From an uncultured delta proteobacterium (GTDB lineage Bacteria; Myxococcota_A; Polyangia; Polyangiales; B10-G4): a stretch of 64,000 nucleotides of DNA. The notes under the pieces are model-generated. The model was given only the letters and a program-made list of their open reading frames with translations, searched no databases and had not been told where the DNA came from. A program made the position numbers and the translations under genes. Below are positions 43,717-53,500 of this stretch, piece after piece (the first letter of the stretch is position 1; each line of letters starts with the position of its first letter). The stretch lies in NCBI GenBank assembly GCA_963727445.1, contig CAVSGI010000002.1, positions 96,001-160,000 of the forward strand, in the 5' to 3' direction.

Positions 43717-44979
43717 TCAGCGCAGGCGCGCCTGGCGCAGCACGCGTGACAACCCGGGCCAGGAGCCGCTGAGGAGCAGCCCCACGCGGAAGAGGCGCGC
43801 GCCGAAGCGGATCGACATCCAGGTCGCGAGCCCCAGCGTGGCGAAGGCGCCCGCGATCTCCCACCACGGGAGCCCGCCGGGATCGAGCGCCATCCGCAGG
43901 ATCACCGTGAGCGGCGCGGTGAACGGGATCCAGGTGAAGAGCTCGGCGAGGATGCCGTGCGGTTCCTGCATCAAGACGGTGAGCATCAGCATCGGCAGCA
44001 GGCTGAGCAGCCCCCACACCAGCGTGAACTTCTGGCTCTCCGTGGAGCTGTTGCCGAGCGAGCCGGTGGCGAGCATCAGGCTGCCGACGAAGAGGTAGCC
44101 GACGATGAAGAAGGCCGGGGCCACCGCGATCGCGTCCCACGGCACCTCGACGGCGAGCTCCTCGAGGAGTCCCGCGAGGTAGAGGGCGCCCGCGATGAAG
44201 AGGCTCGACCACACCGCGAACTGCAAGAGCCCCGCAGCGCCCAGGCCGAGGAGCTTGCCCGTGAGGATCTCGTCGGGGTCGGCGCTCGAGAGCAGCACCT
44301 CGACCACCTTGTTCTCCTTTTCGACGGCGATCGCCTGCACCAGGTAGCCGGAGGTCGTCATCAACGCCATCAACAGAAGCGTGGCCAGCACCAGCGGGAC
44401 GAGCAGCCGCGCGATCACCTCGAGGCCGCGGTCGTCGACCTGTCGCTCGGCACCCGTCTGCACGATCTCGTGATGCTCGAGGGTCAGTGGATCCTGGATG
44501 CGCTCGGCGAGGGGGCGCGGCACCTGGCCGCTCTGGAGCAAGCGCTGGACGAGGAGTGTGCGCAAGGCGCGCTCGGAGGTGGCGGCGCCCACGTCGAAGG
44601 GAGGCCCGCCGGCGGGCTCGAAGACGATGACCACCCCGGTCTCCCGGTACTCGGGGGGGATGTCGAAGAAGCCCTCGATGGCCCCCGCGCTGAGCGCCTC
44701 GCGGGCCAGGTCGTGGCTGGGCAGGACGTGCAGCTCGAGGGTGTCGAGGGGGACGGCGCCCAGCTCGAGGTCCAGGACCTCCGCACGATCGACCACGCCC
44801 CAGCGCACGGTGCGGGTGACCTCCCGCGCCACCATCTGGCCCTGGAGCATGGCCGGGATGCCGGAGAGGAGCGCGAAGAAGAGCGGGAGCCCGAAGGTCA
44901 TCACCAGATACGAGATGCGCTTGACGGCGCTCACCAGCTCGAAGCGCGCGATGGCGCGGATTTTCCTCGGGCGGATCAC
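43717..44979 (-). CDS. ABC-2 transporter permease (NatB/YhaP-like)
   Basis: AVEKENKVVEVLLSS..ILTGKLLG, WIPFTAP; GTGA overlap with the ATPase stop. Confidence 0.9.
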   Translation of the reverse strand: MIRPRKIRAIARFELVSAVKRISYLVMTFGLPLFFALLSGIPAMLQGQMVAREVTRTVRWGVVDRAEVLDLELGAVPLDTLELHVLPSHDLAREALSAGAIEGFFDIPPEYRETGVVIVFEPAGGPPFDVGAATSERALRTLLVQRLLQSGQVPRPLAERIQDPLTLEHHEIVQTGAERQVDDRGLEVIARLLVPLVLATLLLMALMTTSGYLVQAIAVEKENKVVEVLLSSADPDEILTGKLLGLGAAGLLQFAVWSSLFIAGALYLAGLLEELAVEVPWDAIAVAPAFFIVGYLFVGSLMLATGSLGNSSTESQKFTLVWGLLSLLPMLMLTVLMQEPHGILAELFTWIPFTAPLTVILRMALDPGGLPWWEIAGAFATLGLATWMSIRFGARLFRVGLLLSGSWPGLSRVLRQARLR

Positions 44980-45878
44980 GCCGCCGCCCTCCCGACCACG
45001 TCCAAGAAGACCTGTTCGATGGGGGCGAGGACCTGCTCGAAGTGCACAACCTTCGCGCCCGCCGCGACGAGCGCCGCGAGGTAGTCCTCCGGCGGGACCT
45101 CGTCTTCGAGTCGGACGAGCCACGACCCGTCCGGTGTGAGCGACGCGCGAGCGGCGCCCGTCACTTCGGGTAGCGTGCCCTCGGCGAGACGGACGCGGGC
45201 CTCGGGATGCGAATGAACGCGTCGCACCTCCTGGGTGTCGCCGTAGACCACCAGCTCGCCCCGGTCGATCATCGCCACCCGATCACAGAGCGCCTCCACC
45301 TGGTTCATCAGGTGCGTCGACAAGATGGTGGCGAGACCGGCCTCGCGACGCTCCACCATGAGGTCCTTCACCAACTGCACGTTCACCGGATCGAGACCGG
45401 AGAAGGGCTCGTCCAGGACGCAGAGCTCGGGCTCGGTCATCAGCGTCGCCGCGATCTGCACCTTCTGGCTCATCCCCTTCGAGAGCCGGTCGACGCGCTC
45501 GCGGGCGTGGCTGGCGAGGCCGACCTTGTCGAGCCACCGCATGGCGCGTCCCTTCGCGTCGCGTCGCGACAGGCCCTTGAGCTCGGCAAAGTACGTGAGG
45601 ACCTCGATGACGCGCTGGCGGCGGTAGAGCCCACGCTCCTCCGGAAGATAGGAGACACGGTCCAGATCCTCGCGCTCCAGCGGGCGGCCGAAGAGGGTGA
45701 CGGTGCCGCTGTCGGCGCGGATGATGTCGAGGGCGATGCGAATCAGGGTGGTCTTGCCCGCGCCGTTCGGCCCGAGAAGCCCGAAGACCTCGCCGGAGCG
45801 GACCTCGAGGGTCACCCCCTTGAGCGCCTGGAACGACCCATACGATTTCTTCACGTCGTCGAAGGCGAGCTCGGCCAC
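44976..45878 (-). CDS. ABC transporter ATP-binding protein
   Basis: GPNGAGKTT, LSKGM, LDEPFSGLDP, STH. Confidence 0.95.
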   Translation of the reverse strand: MAELAFDDVKKSYGSFQALKGVTLEVRSGEVFGLLGPNGAGKTTLIRIALDIIRADSGTVTLFGRPLEREDLDRVSYLPEERGLYRRQRVIEVLTYFAELKGLSRRDAKGRAMRWLDKVGLASHARERVDRLSKGMSQKVQIAATLMTEPELCVLDEPFSGLDPVNVQLVKDLMVERREAGLATILSTHLMNQVEALCDRVAMIDRGELVVYGDTQEVRRVHSHPEARVRLAEGTLPEVTGAARASLTPDGSWLVRLEDEVPPEDYLAALVAAGAKVVHFEQVLAPIEQVFLDVVGRAAA

Positions 45879-45977
45879 GAAAACCGCCTGATTCTAGTCG
45901 GCCCGGCCCGAGAATACGACGTCCGCACGACCTTTGTCGTATCCTCGCCGACGCCCCCGGGGCATCTCACGGACCAG

Positions 45978-47184
45978 ATGCGCTATCTCTTCGCGGATTC
46001 GGAGCCGTTCCCGCTCGAATACGATTTCCTGGCCACGCTCAGGGGATTTCTCGAGTGCGGGGCCACCTGCCTGGGTGCGGTGGCGGCCATCGACGCCCAG
46101 GAGACGCGCGTTCGGGTCGAGAGGGCCAAAGCCGAGAAGTATCAGGCCGCCCTCGACCGCTTCGAGACCGATGCGATGAGCGGCCTGGCGGCGGCGCGCT
46201 CGGCGAGCACCCTCAGCGAGGCGATCACCAGCGCCGCCGATCAGTCGGTGGCGTCGGTGCGGGGGATCGTCGCGAGCGCCAAGCAATCGGTGGAGGACGA
46301 GCTCCGGGGGGTCGAGCGGACGGCGCGGAGCCGCATCGACGGCCAGGGCGAGACGATTCGCCACGCCCTGCAGCGCTTCCTCCTGAAGGAGCGGCTGGAG
46401 GTGGAGGACACCTTCTTCGAGCTGGTCCTCGAAAACGAGGGGTACCTGGTCTCCGCCACCTGCCGGATGCCGGAGGGGCTGACGGTCCAGTATCACCTCG
46501 ACGCGCGTCGTCGCTCCGAATGGCGGAAGGCGCGCAAGATCAGCGAGATCGTCGGCGAGCTCGAGCTGCAGATCGGAATGAAGAAGAAGCTCTTCGGCAA
46601 GCAGCTCACCCCCGACATCGTGAAGGTGGGCGACTGGTCGGTGGTGGCGGCCACGCTGGGGACGACCCGCGCATCGATCACGCTGCGCAAACGGCCGGAC
46701 AGCGACAAGGACACGACCATCCTCTCGCTGCGGCGCACCGCGCAAGGCGTCGCGGGGGACGTGCGCAAGGGCGTCGAGCGGGGACAGGAGCGCGAGTCGT
46801 CCATTCCCACCGCCGTCGAGGACGCCGGCAAGCTGGCCGAGCTCTGGGACGCCCTCGACCGCGAGTGCCTCGGCACCCTCGCCCACCGCGAGTCGGTCGG
46901 CGACATCCGTCTCGACGGAGAGGACGTGCTCGAGGGCCGCCAGGTGGTCGAGTTCCTCAAGCGTTACGTCGACATGTACAAGCCGATCGTCACGGAGATC
47001 GCGCAGCGCAGCCCCAGCGCGAAGGAGCTCTCGCTGAAGATCGAGCACGACGACGGTCACCGCGAGGAGATTCTATCTGCGCCGCGAGGAGCTCGCCGAC
47101 GTGGTCGCCCCCCTCGGCGACGAAGAGATGAAGGTCTTCGCCCCGCTGGACTTCTTTCCCGAGATCGACATCGAGCTGCTCTAG
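45978..47184 (+). CDS. Hypothetical protein with coiled-coil N-terminus; frameshift near 47072
   Basis: ATG at 45978, typical codon usage; removing one T gives EEIYLRREEL...IELL* ending at 47184. Confidence 0.7.
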
Positions 47185-47230
47185 GCGGGCACGGGAGCAA
47201 CTGCTCGGCGCGGGGGTCGATAAGGGCCCC

Positions 47231-47671
47231 ATGAAGACCCATCCCCACACCCTCCCTCTGCCCTTCCCCACACCGGAAGAGCGTCGCCGCGGGCGCATCG
47301 CAGGCAAGATCGCGCGCGACTTCGTCGCCTCCGGTCACGCGCGCGGGGTCGATCCCCACGTCGCGAGCCTCGCCGCCCATGCCTTCGTCGAACGCCACCT
47401 CGAAGCCGGCGGCGACGAGCGCTCCTTCGCCTGCTTCGACGTCCCGGGGTTCGCCGCGTGGCTCCCCGAGGAAGCCCTCCTTCATCCGGAGCTCCTGCCC
47501 GCGCTTGTCGAAGCCTGGCTCGGCCTCACCCATTTCCTCGTCGAAGACGAACGCCTCGACGAGATCAGCGGCGCACGCCTGCGTCGCGAGCTGCACCTGG
47601 CGGAGCCGGGGCTGGTCGCAGCCCTGGCCGATCGCTACGCGTTTCTCGTGAGCACCCTCGAAGGCGCCTGA
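47231..47671 (+). CDS. Hypothetical protein
   Basis: 146-aa ORF with plausible codon usage. Confidence 0.55.
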   Translation: MKTHPHTLPLPFPTPEERRRGRIAGKIARDFVASGHARGVDPHVASLAAHAFVERHLEAGGDERSFACFDVPGFAAWLPEEALLHPELLPALVEAWLGLTHFLVEDERLDEISGARLRRELHLAEPGLVAALADRYAFLVSTLEGA

Positions 47672-47749
47672 AGCGAAGACGGCGAAGACGGCCGCACCCA
47701 CGACAGACGACCGGCCCGGGCGCGAACGCGCCCGGACCGGCTCTCTCAC

Positions 47750-48275
47750 TCAACGCGCGGGCGCGAGCCGCGCTTCGATGGCCGCCGCAGTGAGACGACG
47801 CCACGCCTCGCGATCTGCCGGCGCGATCCAATCCCGACCGATGCGCGACCAGTCGGGATCCTCCGGGTCGAGCCCCAGATGCTCGATGTACGGCGGCTCG
47901 ACGATCAGAAACTGTCGCCGGTACCCGAGGAGGTACCCGCCGTGCTCACGCCGGATGTCGCGCGCCTCCTCGTAGGACGCGCTCCAGACGTTCCAGTACG
48001 CCCCGCCGTGCTCGCGGTGCATGAGCTCACCGCGGTCCGGCTCGTCCTCGCCCGCGAGGACGGCCCGCGCATGCGGCCATCCCCGAAAGCCGGCCGCGCG
48101 CGCGAGCGCCGCGAGACAATGACGTCTCTTCACCGACGACGCGACGGCCGCTTCGTCGAGCCCCGCGAGCTCCTCGAGCCCGCGCAAGCGTCCGAATCGC
48201 CGCCGCGTCCCCGCTACGCGCGCGCTTGTGCATGAGGCGCGCGCGCGCCTTCATATCTTTGACGAGATCCACCAT
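47750..48275 (-). CDS. Hypothetical protein with an A..GF.GW helical motif; frameshift near 48195
   Basis: GGAG RBS before MVDLVKDMKARAR; continues as LRGLEEL..LARAAGFRGWPH..WNVWSASYEEA in the adjacent frame. Confidence 0.65.
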
Positions 48276-48642
48276 GGCTGCTCCAATCCCGGCCGGCTCC
48301 CGCTCCCTGAGGCCGAGGGGCAAACGCATGTGGCGAAGTCCCCATCGAATCGATTCGTCTCAGGCCCTGGAAGACCGTCGCGGGGTGAGGTGTCTTTCGG
48401 CGGAGAGGCGCCCCCGAGCACCTCGAAGGCGCACCATGAGCATCCTGGAAGCGGAGGCAAGGGCGAAAAGTCGTATGTCGATACGGCAGATAGGTCGATC
48501 GAATATTGATCGAGGGAACGACTAGCTGCGCGTCACTCCGTTACTAAGAGAGTCTCGTTGCGCGCTCCCACTCGTGTAGTAATGACTTCACATCCCAAAA
48601 TACGGTGCGGTCCCGGGGGGCCCCCAACAAGCACTCATCTCC

Positions 48643-49773
48643 ATGAAATTCCGAACGTTTCGAACCCTGCTGCTCGTGTGGCTCTCCCTCCTTCTCTTCG
48701 CTTGTCAGACGCTGCAGGCCGAAGATGAGGAGGAGGCCCATCACCCGATCGTGCTCACCAGCCCGGCGGTGCAGGACGTCCCCACGAGCAAGGGCTACGT
48801 CTGCCTGGTCCACTCGCGCCGGCACATCGAGCTCCGTGCCCTGGACGCTGGGTACCTGTTGGAGATCCCGGTTCAGGAGGGTCAAACCGTGCAGGAGGGC
48901 CAGCGGCTCTTCAAGCTCCTGCCCGTCGTCTACCGAGCTCGGCTGGACGCTGACAGGGCCGAGCTCCACCTCGCCGAGATCCGCCTCCGGAACACCCAGC
49001 AGCTCTTCGAGCAGAACGTGGTCTCCGATCAGGAGGTCGCGCTGGCGCGGGCCGAGCGAGACCGGGCGAAGGCGAAGGTGGATCTCGCTGCGGCCGAGTT
49101 CGGTTTCACGAACATCATCGCCCCCTTCGACGGGATCATCGACCGCCAGTACGTGCAGCAGGGGAGCCTCGTCGAAGAAGGGGACATGCTCACGACGATC
49201 TCCGACAACAGCGTGATGTGGGTCTACTTCAACGTTCCCGAGGCCGACTACCTCCATTTCAAGTCGATCCCGAACGCGCACGATCCGGAGAACCCCCAGC
49301 AGCTCCACCTCCCTGGTGCGACCATCCAGCTCCGACTGGCGAACGGCGAGATCTTCGACCACGACGCCGGCGACACCCTCACGATCGAGTCCGACTTCGA
49401 CAACGAGACGGGCAACATCAAGTTCCGCGCGGACTTCCCGAATCCCGAGCTCCTGCTGCGTTACGGTCAGACTGGCACGCTACTGATCAACGAAACGCTG
49501 CACGACGCGCTGGTCATCCCACAGCGGGCGACCTTCGAGATTCTCGACAGGCAGTACGTCTACGTCGTCGGTGACGACGGCGTAGCGCACCAGCGCGAGA
49601 TTACCGTCGCGCACGAGTTGGACGATGTCTTCGTCATCGGCGAAGGGTTGGATGCCGACGACAAGTTCGTCCTCGAGGGAGTCCGTCAGGTGCGCGAGGG
49701 GGAGCACCTGGAGAACGCCGAGCTCCGCACTCCGGAGGAAGCTCTGAGCGACCTGAAATACCACGCCGAATAG
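48643..49773 (+). CDS. RND efflux periplasmic adaptor (MFP) lipoprotein
   Basis: Lipobox LFAC; EGQTVQEGQRLF, IIAPFDGII, ALVIPQRAT. Confidence 0.93.
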   Translation: MKFRTFRTLLLVWLSLLLFACQTLQAEDEEEAHHPIVLTSPAVQDVPTSKGYVCLVHSRRHIELRALDAGYLLEIPVQEGQTVQEGQRLFKLLPVVYRARLDADRAELHLAEIRLRNTQQLFEQNVVSDQEVALARAERDRAKAKVDLAAAEFGFTNIIAPFDGIIDRQYVQQGSLVEEGDMLTTISDNSVMWVYFNVPEADYLHFKSIPNAHDPENPQQLHLPGATIQLRLANGEIFDHDAGDTLTIESDFDNETGNIKFRADFPNPELLLRYGQTGTLLINETLHDALVIPQRATFEILDRQYVYVVGDDGVAHQREITVAHELDDVFVIGEGLDADDKFVLEGVRQVREGEHLENAELRTPEEALSDLKYHAE

Positions 49774-49823
49774 TTGAATAAGCGACACGGCGTGTTGTTT
49801 GGGGCCCGCTCCATCGGTCCACC

Positions 49824-52800
49824 ATGTTCACGAAGATCCTTCACCGGCCAGCTCTCGCCCTAGTCCTCTCGATCATCGTCGTATTCCTCGGTGGCCTGGG
49901 GATCACGACCCTTCCGATCGCCCAGTTCCCCAGCGTCGCGCCGCCGACCGTGTACGTGTCCATCGCGTATCCGGGCGCCAGCGCCAAGGTCCTGGTCAAC
50001 TCCGTCCTGATCCCGCTCGAGCAGTCGATCAACGGCGTCCAGAACATGCGCTACATGGTCTCCTCTGCCACGAGCGCAGGTGAGGCGACGATCATCATCT
50101 ACTTCGAGCCGGGCACGGACCCGAGCATCAACGTCGTCAACGTGCAGAACCGCGTGAACATCATGCGGAGCCGCTTGCCTCCACTGGTGGTGCGTGAAGG
50201 CATCCTGGTCAGCAAGGTCGTGCCGAGCATGTTGATGTACTTGAACCTGTACAGCACGGACCCGAACACCGACCAGAAGGACTTATTCAACTACGCCAAC
50301 GTCTACGTCATGCCCGTGATCAAACGTATCCAGGGCATGGGGATCCCGCGAAATCTCGGCAACCGAAATTTCGCGATGCGCATCTGGTTGAATCCCGACC
50401 GCATGCGGGCCTACGACGTCTCCGTCGACGACGTCATGGAGGCCGTGGCGGAACAGAGCATCATCGGCTCGCCCGGCCGCCTCGGTCAGGCCACGGGCAT
50501 GACCTCGCAGTCGAAGGAGTACGTGCTCACCTACATCGGCCGCTACAACGAGCCGGAGCAGTACGCGAACATCATCCTGAAGGCCAAGCCGAACGGGGAG
50601 ATCCTGCGCCTCCGAGACGTCTGCGTGCCTCCCCCGAGGCCCGAGGGCGCGGGCGAGATGCACGAGCAGCACGAGGGCGTCGAGCTCGGCTCGGAGTTCT
50701 TCGACCTCTACTCCGACGTCAACGGCTATCCCGCGGCCTCCATGGTCCTCAAGCAGGCGCCCGGTTCCAACGCGGCCGAGATCATCGACCAGGTCAAGGA
50801 GACGCTCGAGGAGCTGAAGCAGTCGTTCCCCCCGGGGATGGACTACGAGATCGCCTACGACGTCTCCCGCTTCGTCGACGCCTCCATCGAGCAGGTGCTG
50901 CACACCCTGCTCGAGGCGTTCATCCTGGTGTCGCTCGTCGTCTACATGTTCCTGGGCGACCTGCGCTCCACGCTCATCCCGACGCTCGCGGTGCCGGTGT
51001 CCCTCATCGGCAGCTTCTTCATCCTGCAGTTGATGGGCTTCTCCATCAACCTGATCACCCTCTTCGCGATGGTCCTGGCCATCGGCGTCGTCGTCGACGA
51101 CGCGATCGTCGTCGTCGAAGCCGTCCACGCCAAGATGGCGGAGACGCACTTATCTCCCTATCGCGCGACCATGGAGGTCCTTCACGAGATCAGCGGCGCG
51201 ATCATCGCGATCACGCTGGTGATGACCTCGGTGTTCGTCCCCATCACCTTCGTCCCCGGCCCGGTCGGCGTCTTCTACCGCCAGTTCGGCGTCACCATGG
51301 CCTCGACGATCATCCTCTCCGGCATCGTCGCCCTCACGCTCACGCCGGTGCTCTGCGCGATGATCCTCAAGCCGCACAGCGCGAGCCACGGGCACGAAGA
51401 GAAGAAGAGCATTCGCGACCGGCTCACGGGGCTGGGCGCCAAGACCCTCGTCATCTACGCCCTCGTGGGGCTGCCGGTCCTGGCCGGACTCGTCTACATC
51501 GCCTACGAGCTCTGGGGGCCCATCGGCTTCTTGCTGATCCTCGTGCCCTTCGTGCAGGGGCCCTTCAGCCGCGGCGTCGACAAGGTCACCAACTGGTACG
51601 CGGGCGGGATCCTGCAGGCCCATCGTCACCCGCCGGCTCCTGACCATCGGTGTGATCGCGGCTTTCGCGGTCGGCATCGTCGCCACGAACTCGATCCTGC
51701 CGAGCGGTTTCATCCCCGGCGAGGACCAGGGCATCATCTACGCCGTTCTACAGACGCCTCCCGGCTCGACCCTCGAGTACACGAACGCCAAGTCTCAGGA
51801 GCTCGAGCGGATCGCCAAGGAGATCGACGGCGTCACCAGCGTCACCTCGGTGGCGGGATACGAGGTTCTGACCGAGGGGCGCGGCTCGAACGCGGGCACC
51901 GCCATCATCAACCTGGAAGACTGGTCCGAGCGCGACGTCACTGCGAAGGAGATCATCGAGGAGCTCGAAGAGCGAACGCGAGAGATGACCAACATCAAGC
52001 TCGAGTTCTTCGAACCGCCGGCGATCCCCGGGTTCGGCGCGGCGGGCGGTCTCTCCTTGCGCGTGCTCGACCAGACCCAGTCGAGCACGGCCGACTACCA
52101 GCGGCTCGGAGAGATCACCGAGGAGTTCATGGCCGAGCTGCGCGAGCGCGAAGAGGTGGGCAGCCTGTTCACCTTCTACGCCGCCGACTACCCGCAGTAC
52201 GAGCTGATCATCAACAACGATGTGGCCATGCAGAAGGGTGTGTCGATCGAGCGGGCCCTGAACAATCTCAACATCCTCATCGGCAGCACGTACGAGCAGG
52301 GCTTCATCCGCTTCAACAAGTTCTACAAGGTCTACGTCCAGGCGTGGCCTGAGTTCCGGCGAATGCCCGAGGACCTCGACAACCTGTTCATCCCCAACGA
52401 GGCCGGGGAGATGGTGCCCTACTCGTCCTTCATGGAGATCCACAAGACGCAGGGCCTGAACGAGATCACCCGCTACAATCTCTACCCCTCTGCCGCCATC
52501 CAGCTCGTTCCGGCTGCCGGCTTCTCGACCGGTCAGGCCATCGATGCGGTGCGCGAGGTTGCCGAGGCGACGCTGCCTCGCGGATACGCGCTCGGCTGGG
52601 AGGGTCTGTCCTGGGACGAGTCGAGGAAGGGCAACGCCGCCCTCTACATCTTCCTGGTCGTCGTCGTGTTCGTGTACCTGGTGCTCGTCGCCCAGTACGA
52701 GAGCTTCCTGATCCCGCTGGCCGTCGTCCTGTCGCTGCCGGTCGGGATCTTCGGCTCGTTCTTCTTCCTACAAATGGTGGGATTGGCCAACGACGTCTGG

Positions 52801-53265
52801 GCCCAGTTAGGTCTGATCATGTTGGTCGGCCTCTTGGGGAAGAACGCGATCCTGATCGTGGAATTCGCGGTCCAGCGGCGAAACGAAGGCGCCTCCCTCA
52901 AGGACGCGGCCATCGAGGGCGGCAGACTCCGCTTCCGGCCCATCCAGATGACCTCCTTCGCCTTCGTCGCCGGTCTGATCCCGCTCGTCATCGCCCACGG
53001 CGCAGGCGCCATCGGCAACCGCACCATCGGCGTCACCGGCGTCGGCGGCATGCTCCTCGGCACCGTGATCGGCGTCATCGCCATCCCCGGCCTCTACTAC
53101 CTCTTCGCTCGCATCTCCGACGGGCGCGAGCTGCTGCGCGACGAAACGGAAGTGCCGCTCAGCGAGCAACCCGAAGAGCATTCCGAGATCCACGCGGTCG
53201 AGGACGGCGAACACGCGTCGCTTCACGAGCCACCGCTGGATTCCGAGCCACCCGAAGACACGTAG
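49824..53265 (+). CDS. RND efflux permease (HAE1-like), copy 1; frameshift at ~51614
   Basis: LPIAQFPSVAPP, VVDDAIVVVE, KNAILIVEF, RFRPIQMTS; one extra G relative to copy 2 (ATCCTGCAGG vs ATCCTCAGG). Confidence 0.93.
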
Positions 53266-53308
53266 CGCCACGGCCGAGGCGCAGGCTCAGCGACGCCCCT
53301 CGCCTCCG

Positions 53309-53458
53309 TGCGCATACTCACGCGCTCCACTCATGGGCGGCGTGGCGGAATTGGCAGATGTGCGCGACTCGGGGTCGCCCGCCGGACTCTTCCACGCCCC
53401 GCAAGCACGCCGACCTCCACCGGGTCGCTTTGTAGGCGAGCGTCCTTCGTGGTAGCGC
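53309..53458 (+). pseudogene. Degenerate copy of the tRNA-Leu locus with flanks (pseudo-tRNA, T-arm lost)
   Basis: TGCGCATACTC, GTGGCGGAATTGGCAGA, GCGACT....TCGCCCG and a 27/29 match downstream, all colinear with 58960-59133. Confidence 0.8.
53430..53458 (+). promoter_or_regulatory. Putative sigma70-type promoter for RND permease copy 2
   Basis: TTGTAG-17 nt-TAGCGC with extended TG; 27/29 identical to 59105-59133. Confidence 0.5.
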
Positions 53459-53500
53459 CTCGAACGCACGACGTGATTGTATCGATCGAGCGATCGACCC

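Noticed and set aside
47060..47080. Programmed frameshifting here and at the other split genes
   Set aside because: No slippery heptamers or homopolymer tracts; isolated single-base insertions fit sequencing error
48495..48513. TCGATC-N7-GATCGA palindrome, with a similar one at 53482-53497, as a shared RND operator
   Set aside because: Spacers differ and TCGATC is common in this sequence
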